DNA from: an uncultured Sulfolobales archaeon
Lineage (GTDB): Archaea > Thermoproteota > Thermoprotei_A > Sulfolobales > NBVN01
DNA: 64,000 nucleotides
Assembly (NCBI GenBank): GCA_938045815.1
Contig: CALIBI010000018.1
Span: 11,027-75,026 of the forward strand
Reading direction: 5' to 3'
Under the pieces are notes generated by a model. That model was given only the letters and a program-made list of their open reading frames with translations, searched no databases and was not told where the DNA came from. The translations under genes and the position numbers were made by a program. How positions within the stretch are numbered: the first letter of the stretch is position 1; each line of letters starts with the position of its first letter. Shown in pieces: positions 1-9,156 of the stretch.

Positions 1-261
1 ATAAACATAGAATCCTTCATGCCAACACAAGAATTCCACGCAAGAATAGAAAAATATATCGAAGAAATAAAATCACTCCCTAAACACCCCCAAGCAGACA
101 AAATCTGGCTACCGGGAGAAAAAGCCTGGCACACCATGCAAACCAGACTCAAAATAGGCATCCCACTACACAAAAACATATGCAAAGAACTAAACCAAGT
201 AGCAAAAAACCTAAACATAAAAAACAAACTAAACTGCGACAACTCAACACCCCCAACCTAA
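1..261 (+). CDS. C-terminal fragment of an Ldh_2-family (malate/L-lactate/sulfolactate-type) dehydrogenase; 5' end lies outside the window
   Basis: Frame 1 is open from nt 1 to the TAA at 259-261. The tail KIWLPGEKAWHTMQTRLKIGIPL resembles the conserved C-terminal PGE...GIPL segment I recall for Ldh_2 enzymes. Only 86 codons are visible. Confidence 0.5.
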   Translation: MNIESFMPTQEFHARIEKYIEEIKSLPKHPQADKIWLPGEKAWHTMQTRLKIGIPLHKNICKELNQVAKNLNIKNKLNCDNSTPPT

Positions 262-267
262 CCCACA

Positions 268-537
268 CTAACACCTCTTCAATTCATTCTTGCTTAATAC
301 CCTTTCTTCTTGTGTTCTACGAGGATTCTGAGTGCTTGAGTTAGTTTTAGTTAGGAGATTCCTGAGTTTCGTGGAGTACTCTCTATTTGTGAGTGCTGTT
401 AGGGTAGGGCATGAGGTAGTGTTAGTGATTAGCTGGGTTTGAGGTCTTGAAACCGTGAAATAATTTGCTGCTAGGAAGCCAGCAATGAAGCCTACAAAGA
501 TTAGGGAAATTATCGAGGCCGCCCTACCAGCACACAA
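268..537 (-). CDS. Hypothetical small membrane-anchored protein (one N-terminal TM helix, Thr/Asn/Ser-rich tail)
   Basis: 89-codon ORF with a TTG start and a hydrophobic stretch IISLIFVGFIAGFLAANYF. No recognisable family. The local base composition is inverted relative to the flanks. Confidence 0.3.
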   Translation of the reverse strand: MCAGRAASIISLIFVGFIAGFLAANYFTVSRPQTQLITNTTSCPTLTALTNREYSTKLRNLLTKTNSSTQNPRRTQEERVLSKNELKRC

Positions 538-647
538 AACACTAAACAGGCTGAAACATCTAGAAGAAATTTAATATGGTGACTATTTTAGCATGCATCG
601 AGGATTTATTAAGGAGTGCGACTAAAATATTTATGAGGGTATTATTA

Positions 648-1646
648 ATGAAGGGAGTATCGAAAACATTAGTAGCCGTGGCTGTTGTCGTGATTGTTGT
701 TCTGGCTGTCGTGCTAGCGTACTACGTTCTAACACCCCCAGCACCCTACAAGATCACTATATATACTGGAGGTACTGGAGGTGTCTATTACCCCCTAGGA
801 GTTAAGCTCGCAGACCTGCTGAATAAGTATGCTGGAGACAAGATAACTGCTTCAGCATCCTCAAGCGGCGCGTCAGTAGCTAACGCGAGAGCTCTGGGGA
901 CGGGGGACGCAAACCTAATATTCATACAGAACGACATAGCTTACTACGCGTTCAACGGACTCTACATGTTCTCTGAAGGAAGAATAGAAAAGATCAGAGG
1001 ACTAGCGACACTATACCCAGAAATAATCCAGATAGTCGTTAGAGCAGATAGCGGGATAAAAACCATAAATGACCTAGAAGGGAAGAGGGTTGCGATAGGT
1101 GCTGCAGGAAGCGGGACTGCTGTGGAGGCAGAAATAATACTTAGAGCTGCTGGGGTGTGGGACAAGATAACAGTCCAGAACCTAGACTTCGCGCAAGCAG
1201 CACAAGCACTCAAGCTAGGCCAGGTAGACGCGGCTTTCGTGGTAGCAGGAATACCTACCTCAGCAGTCATGGAGCTAGCGGCGACAACACCTGTGAACCT
1301 TGTTGAGATACCTGACGAACTACTCAACACACTGAGGCAGCAAGGCTACCTATTCTTCGTACCGCACACAGTACCTAAAGAAACATACACAGGCCTAGAC
1401 AAAGACGTGAAAACTCTTGCAGTAATGGCTATGCTAGCAGTAAGCTCTGAAGTGCCTGACGACGTAGTGTACACGATACTCCAGGTGATGTTCGATAAAA
1501 TAGATGAGTTAAGGCAAGCACACTCGAGAGCTCAAGACATAAGCCTAAACAAAGCACTTCAAGGACTACCCATAAAGCTACACCCAGGAGCAGTCAAGTA
1601 CTACCAAGATAAAGGAATCACAGTACCTCAAGAACTAAAACCGTAA
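648..1646 (+). CDS. TAXI-family TRAP transporter solute-binding protein
   Basis: N-terminal membrane anchor, then TIYTGGTGGVYYPLG, ASSSGASVANARALGTG, NDIAYYAF and a C-terminal LHPGAVKYYQDKG, all typical of TAXI (TTT/TRAP) receptors. Followed by DUF1850 and a fused TRAP permease. The start could be ATG 633 or 648. Confidence 0.85.
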   Translation: MKGVSKTLVAVAVVVIVVLAVVLAYYVLTPPAPYKITIYTGGTGGVYYPLGVKLADLLNKYAGDKITASASSSGASVANARALGTGDANLIFIQNDIAYYAFNGLYMFSEGRIEKIRGLATLYPEIIQIVVRADSGIKTINDLEGKRVAIGAAGSGTAVEAEIILRAAGVWDKITVQNLDFAQAAQALKLGQVDAAFVVAGIPTSAVMELAATTPVNLVEIPDELLNTLRQQGYLFFVPHTVPKETYTGLDKDVKTLAVMAMLAVSSEVPDDVVYTILQVMFDKIDELRQAHSRAQDISLNKALQGLPIKLHPGAVKYYQDKGITVPQELKP

Positions 1647-1651
1647 GAAAA

Positions 1652-2161
1652 ATGAAACCAAAAAACAAAAAACGAATTCTTTTTTTAGTCACAGCACTCA
1701 CCATACTCACAACTATCTCAACACACCCAGCGATAGAAGCAAACAAAGTAATCATTGACGAAACAGAATACCTAGCCACCCGAAACACCACAATAAAAAT
1801 AAGACTAGAGTACAGACACAGCGTCGAGCTAACGAACATAACAGAAGAATACCATATAACGAACTGCGAGATAAGGCTAGCGAAGTTCGTGTGGCCAGGA
1901 TACGGCGCGGGATTACCGTCAAAAACTAACGACACATCAAGCCACGAAATAGACGAAAACAAAAACTACGTAGTGAGGAACATAACACTAAACACAACAG
2001 TACTCAGGATAAGCATGAAGCACAGAATCAATCCTAAACTAACGATCAACGGTGAGGAAGTAGTGAGTAGTGGGGAGGTAGTAGTGATTACGTGCACGAG
2101 AATCTCGTTGATAGAGCTACTAACGAGCCGGGAACTACGCCAATTAAGTGGTAAAACTTAA
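1652..2161 (+). CDS. DUF1850 domain protein (TAXI-TRAP associated)
   Basis: The motif block EYRHSVELT...YGAGLP matches the DUF1850 signature (YRHSVE.TP...GAGLP). It sits between the TAXI receptor and the fused permease. N-terminal signal/anchor present. Confidence 0.75.
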   Translation: MKPKNKKRILFLVTALTILTTISTHPAIEANKVIIDETEYLATRNTTIKIRLEYRHSVELTNITEEYHITNCEIRLAKFVWPGYGAGLPSKTNDTSSHEIDENKNYVVRNITLNTTVLRISMKHRINPKLTINGEEVVSSGEVVVITCTRISLIELLTSRELRQLSGKT

Positions 2162-4313
2162 ATTAGTAACCCTCAATAAATATCGATTGAGGCGTCTTGA
2201 GTTGGCTGAAGCTCTAGCTATCGAGAGAGCTAAGTCAGGACGGCTAGCCAGGCTCACACTTTTACTGGGAGTAGTCTTCGCAGTATACGAACTGGTTTTC
2301 GTGATGGGGCTTAATTTCTCGCTCTACACTATGTTAAGGAACATAGGACTAGACATCAAACCACTACTGTATGCCCCAGACATACAGCAGAGCATGGCTT
2401 TCTTGCTAGGCCTACTGATGCTGGCGGCCTACATAATATACCCAGCAACGAAAAAGACAAAAACAGATAAGGTACCCATACACGACTACGTACTCGGCGT
2501 AGTAGCTCTAGCCTCAATGCTTTACCTAGTAATCATATACCCTACAGTGGTTCAGTACGGCTACGTTGAGGCAACACTACCTAACGTACTAATACCACTG
2601 ATAGCTATAGCGCTGCTCCTGGAAGCTTCTAGGAGGTCGTTAGGTGTAGCACTACCAGCAATAGCCACAATAATAATGTTTCTCGGAATCATGTATGAAG
2701 GATTCAACATAAGGAGATTCATAAACCACATGTTCTACGCTAGAGAAGGAATATTCGCTATCCCGCTATACGTCATGGTCTCGTACGTCTTCGCGTTCGT
2801 TTTCTTCGGCTCGATACTGGAGAAGGTCGGGGTCGGCGACTACATAACTAAGTTCGTGATGTCTCTAGTGGGTCATAGGTGGGGAGGACCAGCAAAGACA
2901 GCCGTAGTAGCGAGTGCATTAATGGGGACGGTCTCAGGAAGTTCTGTAGCGAACGTATTAACGACAGGAACTTTCACGATACCGCTAATGAAGAAAGCTG
3001 GTTACCCACCAGAGGTAGCCGGAGCTGTGGAGCCAGTAGCCTCTACGGGAGGGCAGTTAATGCCACCCATAATGGGGGCAGCAGCCTTCGTCATGGCTCA
3101 ATTTCTCGGAAGACCTTATAGGGACATAATAATTGCTGCCGCAATACCTGCAATACTTTACTTTACGTCAGTCTACATATTCATAGACAGAGTAACTAAG
3201 AAGCTGGGAGTAAACCCAATCAACAAAGAACTACTACCGAACCTCAGGGAACTAGCTCGCGGGATATACTTACTCAGCCCGATACCTGTCGTCACGTACC
3301 TCCTTCTCTCAGGTCTTGAACCTCAGTACTGCGCTCTAGGAGCTATAGGTGCCGCAATAATGTCTGCCTGGATATACCAGAAAACACTTGGGATCACCAC
3401 AAAACTACTAGTTACGAGCGCGATAATCTTAGTAGGTTTTGTTTCCTACCTACTAGGGCTACCGGTCAGTGCAGCGATATTCTTCGCTGGAGTCACCTCA
3501 GTTTTCGTAGCGGTACTCATAGGCTACGCAGCGAGAGGGAGCCGCGAGATGGCGTTAGCACTCACGAAAGCATTCGACACAAGCTTGAGGAGCGCTATAA
3601 CAGTCTTCTTCGCGGCCTCGTGCGCCGGACTAATACAGGGGGTCCTCACCATGACTGGATGGGCAACGACTATAGGCTACCAGCTAGTAGAGATATCTGG
3701 AGGTAACATATTCATATTGATGGTTACGGCGATGTCTATAAGCCTAGTTCTGGGTATGGGAGTCCCCACAACAGCTAACTACATAATAACCTCAACCATA
3801 GTCGGAACGCCGATGGCTAGAGCAATAACAGCAATAACCGGGATAGACCTAGACCTGGCTAAGCTGGTAGCACACATGTTCGTCTTCTACTTCGGCATAC
3901 TAGCAGACCTGACACCCCCAGTAGCTCTAGCATCGTACGCCGGAACACTACTAGCTAAGTCGGAATTCTGGAAAACAGCACTCAACGCTACGAAGTACGC
4001 GTTAGCCGGCTACCTAGTACCCTACATATTCGCTCTAGACCCAGCACTACTAATACTCCCGGCGGGTTCTATGAACCCACACACAATATACAGGATAACA
4101 TACGGGGTGGCAAACACCCTACTCTCTATGCTGATGCTTAGTGCGGGCATAGTCGGCTGGCACGGCACACACATAGGCAAGCTGCAGAGAGTGTTATTGA
4201 TAGTGTTGGGTATCGCTAACCTAACACCATACGAGTACATGACACCTACTCTAGCGGCTGCCTACATAGGACTCTACGTATACAACACTAGAAAACGAAC
4301 GAGAACCCATTAA
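2148..4313 (+). CDS. TRAP transporter fused 4TM/12TM permease (TAXI type)
   Basis: 721-aa polytopic membrane protein. GTVSGSSVANVLTTGTFTIPLMKKAGY and STGGQLMPPIMGAAAF are typical of DctM-like fused permeases. Overlaps the DUF1850 gene by 14 nt. Confidence 0.85.
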   Translation: MVKLKLVTLNKYRLRRLELAEALAIERAKSGRLARLTLLLGVVFAVYELVFVMGLNFSLYTMLRNIGLDIKPLLYAPDIQQSMAFLLGLLMLAAYIIYPATKKTKTDKVPIHDYVLGVVALASMLYLVIIYPTVVQYGYVEATLPNVLIPLIAIALLLEASRRSLGVALPAIATIIMFLGIMYEGFNIRRFINHMFYAREGIFAIPLYVMVSYVFAFVFFGSILEKVGVGDYITKFVMSLVGHRWGGPAKTAVVASALMGTVSGSSVANVLTTGTFTIPLMKKAGYPPEVAGAVEPVASTGGQLMPPIMGAAAFVMAQFLGRPYRDIIIAAAIPAILYFTSVYIFIDRVTKKLGVNPINKELLPNLRELARGIYLLSPIPVVTYLLLSGLEPQYCALGAIGAAIMSAWIYQKTLGITTKLLVTSAIILVGFVSYLLGLPVSAAIFFAGVTSVFVAVLIGYAARGSREMALALTKAFDTSLRSAITVFFAASCAGLIQGVLTMTGWATTIGYQLVEISGGNIFILMVTAMSISLVLGMGVPTTANYIITSTIVGTPMARAITAITGIDLDLAKLVAHMFVFYFGILADLTPPVALASYAGTLLAKSEFWKTALNATKYALAGYLVPYIFALDPALLILPAGSMNPHTIYRITYGVANTLLSMLMLSAGIVGWHGTHIGKLQRVLLIVLGIANLTPYEYMTPTLAAAYIGLYVYNTRKRTRTH

Positions 4314-4319
4314 TTATGT

Positions 4320-5291
4320 CTAAACACAGTTTTCTATATTAACGACTGTGTGTGGCAGCTTACCCTCTCTAAGAAACCTCACTACCTCTCTAGCAACAAA
4401 CTCGCTAGTACCTCTAAGAGCTTCGTAAGCGAAACCAGCAATATGTGGTGTTAGGACAACGTTATCAAGCTTAACTAACTCGGAATCTTTAGGTAGGGGC
4501 TCGACGGAGTAGACATCTAAACCCGCACGAACCCTACCCTCACTAAGTGCTTTAATAAGTGCTTCCTCATCCACTACCGGACCCCTAGAAACATTAACTA
4601 ATATAGCTCCAGGCTTCATTAGAGATAACTCCCTATGACTTATGAACCCTCTAGTCTCCGGAGTAAGCGCGACAGTAACAACAACCACGTCGGAAGACCT
4701 CAACAACCCCTCAAAATCTACGTACATCAGATCGAGAGCGTGCTCAACCTCAGTCTTCCTAGACCTACTCCAGTAAACAACCTCAGCACCAAGAGCTCTG
4801 AAAAGCTTAGCTACCTCAGAACCAACCCTACCTAAACCAATAACACCAACTCTCTTACCTCTCAGAGTAGTGGTGACGAGACTCTTCTGGGTATCAGGAC
4901 CCCAGCCCCCAGACCTCACAGTCCTATCACCCCTCACTACATTCTTCATAACAGCGAGAACCAGAGCTAGAGCGTGCTCAGCAACAGCTTGAGCTATATA
5001 GTCTGGAGCGTTAGCTACGCAAACACCCCTCCTACTAGCCTCAACAACATCAACTTTATCGAGTCCTGAACCATGAACAAACAATAACTTAAGGTTTGGA
5101 GCAAGATTCATCAAGTCAAAACCAAACTCCTGCCAAGGAGGAACAACAACAACTCTAGCATCCTTCAAGTTCTCCTCAAACCACTCCCTGGGAGGTACTT
5201 GACCGTCGAAAAACACGTACTCAATACCCTCATTATCCAGAACATCGAAAGCAGCTCTATTAGGTCTGAAAGTAAAAACCACAATACCCAT
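4320..5291 (-). CDS. D-isomer-specific 2-hydroxyacid dehydrogenase (glyoxylate/hydroxypyruvate reductase-like)
   Basis: NAD-binding GKRVGVIGLGRVGSEVAKL, then NVSRGPVVDEEAL and LTPHIAG (the Arg/Glu/His catalytic set of the family). The likely start is MGIVVF. Confidence 0.85.
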   Translation of the reverse strand: MGIVVFTFRPNRAAFDVLDNEGIEYVFFDGQVPPREWFEENLKDARVVVVPPWQEFGFDLMNLAPNLKLLFVHGSGLDKVDVVEASRRGVCVANAPDYIAQAVAEHALALVLAVMKNVVRGDRTVRSGGWGPDTQKSLVTTTLRGKRVGVIGLGRVGSEVAKLFRALGAEVVYWSRSRKTEVEHALDLMYVDFEGLLRSSDVVVVTVALTPETRGFISHRELSLMKPGAILVNVSRGPVVDEEALIKALSEGRVRAGLDVYSVEPLPKDSELVKLDNVVLTPHIAGFAYEALRGTSEFVAREVVRFLREGKLPHTVVNIENCV

Positions 5292-5462
5292 CCCCACACA
5301 CCACAAGAAACATTAGTGCAGGCGAATAAAAATAAAATCTATGAACAAAACAACAAAACAGCAACCGAGACAGCGAAGCAATAAACGTAAGCAATAAGTA
5401 GGGAAGGAAAACAAGTCACTTAGTTGAGGAACAAATAAAAACTCTAGGTAACCCTATCAAAG

Positions 5463-5717
5463 GTGGTTAATGTGGGTAGTGTGAAAGCATACATACTACT
5501 GATCACTAGCATAGGGCTAGAGTACGAAGTAGCGGAGGAAATAATGAAGCTAGAGGACGAGAACACTAAGATCACGGTAGATGTAGTGTTCGGGGAGTAC
5601 GACCTAGTAGTAACTGTGGAAGGGAAAGACCTGAAAAGCATAGACAAGCTAGTCACGAACGTGAGGAGAATAAGCGGGGTTACGAAAACCGTAACACTAA
5701 TCTCATCAAGAGGATAG
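5463..5717 (+). CDS. Stand-alone Lrp/AsnC-type ligand-binding (RAM) domain protein
   Basis: 84 aa. VKAYILLITSIG...VFGEYDLVVTVEG.DLKSIDKLVTNVRRISGVTKTVTLI is the AsnC_trans_reg/RAM pattern, and no HTH is present. Confidence 0.7.
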   Translation: MVNVGSVKAYILLITSIGLEYEVAEEIMKLEDENTKITVDVVFGEYDLVVTVEGKDLKSIDKLVTNVRRISGVTKTVTLISSRG

Positions 5718-5725
5718 GAAGCGAG

Positions 5726-5974
5726 ATGAGTGAGGAAGTAAAAAGCCTAGTAGAGAAACTAATAACAAACAGGAAAGAATTCTTCGATAAAACAAACACT
5801 CTGAACTCAGACGGCAGACGCCTCCTAAACAAAATAATAAAACTTGTTTTGGCTGAGTATCCAGAACTACGTAAGCTAGCTAGCAAAACCAGAAAAAACC
5901 CAACTCTAGAAAACGTGATTAAGTTAGCTGATGAGATAAGATCGCGTGTAAGTCAAGAAAAAACTAATCACTAA
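5726..5974 (+). CDS. Hypothetical small helical protein
   Basis: 82-codon ORF 8 nt after the RAM gene, Lys/Glu-rich, no recognised motif. Confidence 0.35.
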   Translation: MSEEVKSLVEKLITNRKEFFDKTNTLNSDGRRLLNKIIKLVLAEYPELRKLASKTRKNPTLENVIKLADEIRSRVSQEKTNH

Positions 5975-6800
5975 ATGCAGGCACGCAGACCACGCCTTTC
6001 TCCCTACACACCTTTACGAGTAACTCCTCAACAGACCTACGCCAATTAACGAAGTCGCGACCCCTAACATACTTCTCAGGACTTAAACCAATGACTCCGA
6101 AGAAGCCCCTCAACTCCTCCTTATACCTAAGCCAGTCGTAATATAGTGTGGAGTTAGTCTCGCGTGCTACCTCAACAACACCCTCAATAGTGCTTAAGTC
6201 GTCGTTGAGTCCAGGTATGATGGGTCCGAAGAAAACCCAAGTCGTGAGACCTGAATCACGAACCCTTACTAAGGCTCTAATCCTGGCTGAAGGCGGGGGT
6301 GCTCTAACCTCGACACCCCTCAACACAGAATCATCTACAGAAGTTATCGTAAAACCTACTTCAACCAAGTTCTTATAAGGAACCAGAATATCCAGGTCCC
6401 TCAAGACTAGGGGGGACTTAGTCTGTATCACGACTTTAAAGCCTGCTCTAAGAAGAACCTCCAGAGACTTCCTAACCAATCTAGTCAATGCCTCAATAGG
6501 TTGGTAAGGGTCCGTAATCGTTGAGAGCCCGACGGAGCCTGAGCGAACTCTCTTAACTTCAGACTTAAGCAAGTCTACGATGTTTTTCTTGATGTAGATG
6601 ACGTCACCCCAGTGAGTTCTAGGTTCCTCAAACCTGCAGTAACTTCTCGCGTAACAGTAACTGCATTTGTGGTAGCACCCTACGTAAGGGTTTAGAGCGT
6701 AGTCTAGGCCCGGTAAACCGGACTTACTTAGAGCGGAAGACGCACGAATAAAGACGTACTTAACCACGCCTCTAAAAACGCTTTCCCCAGAAGTAGTCAA
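5964..6800 (-). CDS. Radical SAM protein, SplB/COG1533-like (DNA-repair-photolyase-like family)
   Basis: The CxxxCxxC cluster in NPYVGCYHKCSYCYARS, plus length and layout typical of COG1533. The start could be TTG 6800 (29-nt overlap with nre) or GTG 6767. Confidence 0.8.
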   Translation of the reverse strand: MTTSGESVFRGVVKYVFIRASSALSKSGLPGLDYALNPYVGCYHKCSYCYARSYCRFEEPRTHWGDVIYIKKNIVDLLKSEVKRVRSGSVGLSTITDPYQPIEALTRLVRKSLEVLLRAGFKVVIQTKSPLVLRDLDILVPYKNLVEVGFTITSVDDSVLRGVEVRAPPPSARIRALVRVRDSGLTTWVFFGPIIPGLNDDLSTIEGVVEVARETNSTLYYDWLRYKEELRGFFGVIGLSPEKYVRGRDFVNWRRSVEELLVKVCREKGVVCVPAFSD

Positions 6801-8043
6801 GTGTTCTCACCTTCCCGTAATTCATCAGAAGATATGAGTTTCTCAGTATCTCCCCCACATCAACGCGTGCATGCCTCTTCAAGAAGCCCAAGACTTCACT
6901 TAATTCACTAAACCTCGTTGGCTTAGACTCAAATAACTTTCTAATATTCTCTCTAACAAACCAGACACCAACAGGAACGTTAAAACCCTCGTAAATCTCT
7001 CTATAAAGAAAGACCGTGGCTTGCCTACCCAACCTGTATAGCAGGTGCTCAGCAACACCTAAACGAGCTGCGTAGTAGCAACCTCCAGTCAAAGCATACT
7101 CAGATTTCCCTGTAGGGCCCTCGTGATCTCCCCCTATAGCTACTCTAACTCCTGAAGGGTTCCAAGTACTGCCAGGGAACCAAGCCTCAACCCACTCATA
7201 ACTCCAAACACCTGGTAGCAACACCGCCACAAACAGATTCTGCATGTATTCCCTAACGTAAACCAGGATCTCACCGAGTTCAGGTAGCTCCCTAACCCTC
7301 CTAACTAAAGACCTGGAGATGATGTCGTCGACCGCGGTTATGGACCACCTAGTAGGTACTAGTTTCCTATCAGGAGGTCTGCCTAAAGCACCTACGGAGA
7401 AAATCCTCTGTATTCTGGAGACTGGGAGACCCTCATTATACAGCAGTAAAACCGCGTTAACAGCTCTCAAGTCCGTGTCGCTGAAGACTTTCTCTACGGG
7501 TCTCCCGAAGTAAGGATTACTAACAACCCTCAGATCCCTTAACAACGCTCTAGGACCGAACGGCAGAATCTCCTCACCGAAGATAGGTCTCCTAAAGTAC
7601 TTCTTATCTAGCGAGACCTCAACCTCCACGGATTTTTCAGAGAGAGCGAGTTCCTGAATCTTAGATACGTAGCTAGACCCGACATCACGCACACTAACCT
7701 GACTAACTCCTACAACCATCGAGAGCCTCTTAACTAGTATGTCTTCCAGAGACTTACCTATCCAAGACTCAGGCAACTCATACTCTCTAGTATCGCCTGC
7801 TTGAGGAGGTAATGACGGCCCTACATTGACTTTAGGGTAGCCTACCCTCCCAACAAAAACAGACGGTGGTGAGGAACCCTTAACGAGGTCGCTGAGCTCA
7901 ACGAGCCTCATACTAATCCTACTATAAAACTTCACGAGTAGTGGGCAGTAAGTAAGACCGCATAAGTACTTAGACCCTCTACACAGACTACAGATCTCTC
8001 CTCTAACCAACCCCCCAAGCCTACAATATATCACGTTACGCAA
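6772..8043 (-). CDS. nre: Nre-family archaeal DNA repair protein (DUF650/DUF651)
   Basis: N-terminal four-Cys motif CSLCRGSKYLCGLTYCPLL followed by SPPSVFVGRVGYPKV, as I recall for the Nre N-terminus. About 420 aa. The C-terminal VRTLDYFW is PIP-box-like. Confidence 0.7.
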   Translation of the reverse strand: MRNVIYCRLGGLVRGEICSLCRGSKYLCGLTYCPLLVKFYSRISMRLVELSDLVKGSSPPSVFVGRVGYPKVNVGPSLPPQAGDTREYELPESWIGKSLEDILVKRLSMVVGVSQVSVRDVGSSYVSKIQELALSEKSVEVEVSLDKKYFRRPIFGEEILPFGPRALLRDLRVVSNPYFGRPVEKVFSDTDLRAVNAVLLLYNEGLPVSRIQRIFSVGALGRPPDRKLVPTRWSITAVDDIISRSLVRRVRELPELGEILVYVREYMQNLFVAVLLPGVWSYEWVEAWFPGSTWNPSGVRVAIGGDHEGPTGKSEYALTGGCYYAARLGVAEHLLYRLGRQATVFLYREIYEGFNVPVGVWFVRENIRKLFESKPTRFSELSEVLGFLKRHARVDVGEILRNSYLLMNYGKVRTLDYFWGKRF

Positions 8044-8064
8044 GTATTAAGATTAAGCAAACAC

Positions 8065-9156
8065 TCACTCAGCAGAGACTTTACTCAGCAACCAAGCCAA
8101 CTCAGTGGCTCCGAGTCTGCTCCTGCCACCACCACACAGTACTCTCAACTTATCTGGTGCTTCATCACTACACGCAAGAGCTCTAACCCCACTTAAGACA
8201 TAACTCCTCCGCCTGAGTCTAGGGATGGACCCCCAAAACATTGTTGGGATACCTTTCCACGGCAGGAGACGAGAAACTATAGAAAAAGAAAACAGAAGTA
8301 GTAAAAACAAAGAAATGATACTCAAACTAACCACGTCAACGGTCTCACTAAACGTGAGGAAATACCTGAAAGGATTGGATAAAGCAGCAACGAAGTACGT
8401 GAAGCCACTGCCCACTAATTCGGGTGTCGTGAGAGGTCTCAACCCGTACTTAGAGGAATCTACGTAGACTACCCCACCAGAACATATAGAACTGAAGACC
8501 TCCTTAATTAGTCTTACGTAAGGATTCTCAAGAGATAGTGAAGTGAGTGCTGCGTTAGTCATTATAGAACCGTCACCGAACACGTACACGGGTCTCCCCT
8601 CAACGCTAGTCCTAACCCCAAGCACCACGTTACCTCTATAAGCTACTACTACACCGTCGCTTGACTCAACTCTTGAGGCGTACGCGAAGTAGAGAGGGAT
8701 CTCAGACCCGCTAATATTCGCTATTCCGTAAAAAACGTGGGAACCTCCGAAACTCACGTACTCTCCTGAGATCCTCACCTCACTACCTAGAGCTTCCAGG
8801 ATAGCATTGCTGTAGACCCCTTCATCAGCTATGACTAAACCCGAACCACTCCTAACTAGCCAAGCTATCACTCCAACCTCATCAGGTGTGAAGGGCTTCT
8901 CAGGAGATATTATGAGTACTATGCGGCAAGAACTAAAGCTTAGGTGGAGCGGAGCTAGAATCCATGAGTCTACTAACCTAACATCATACCCTAAACCCTC
9001 CAGTAATTCCCTCAAGCGTGAAGAACCATCATAGCCGGTGTTGTTGGGTGAGGCACCACTCAAGACTACTCCGGCAGGGAATGGCTCAACTAGTAAAGCC
9101 GCCAAGAAAACAACTAATACCAACCTATTTAGAACCGCTCTCACTACACTCACCAA
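8065..9156 (-). CDS. DUF4350-like membrane-anchored protein
   Basis: N-terminal anchor, then GYDGSSRLRELLEGLGYDV...IVLIISPEKPFTPDEVGVIAWLVRSGSGLVIADEG, the pattern I associate with DUF4350/GldG-like auxiliary domains. C-terminal TM helix. Last gene of an overlapping four-gene operon. Confidence 0.55.
   Translation of the reverse strand: MVSVVRAVLNRLVLVVFLAALLVEPFPAGVVLSGASPNNTGYDGSSRLRELLEGLGYDVRLVDSWILAPLHLSFSSCRIVLIISPEKPFTPDEVGVIAWLVRSGSGLVIADEGVYSNAILEALGSEVRISGEYVSFGGSHVFYGIANISGSEIPLYFAYASRVESSDGVVVAYRGNVVLGVRTSVEGRPVYVFGDGSIMTNAALTSLSLENPYVRLIKEVFSSICSGGVVYVDSSKYGLRPLTTPELVGSGFTYFVAALSNPFRYFLTFSETVDVVSLSIISLFLLLLFSFSIVSRLLPWKGIPTMFWGSIPRLRRRSYVLSGVRALACSDEAPDKLRVLCGGGRSRLGATELAWLLSKVSAE

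Noticed and set aside
962-1962. Minus-strand ORFs 962-1330 and 1618-1962
   Set aside because: They are antisense to the TAXI receptor and DUF1850 genes. The Ala/Ser-rich or Ser/Val/Ile/Phe-rich translations reflect complement codons.
2879-3121. 80-aa + strand alternative-frame ORF inside the TRAP permease
   Set aside because: It is an out-of-frame overlap within a strongly supported membrane-protein gene, and its Arg/Ser/Gly-rich product has no features.
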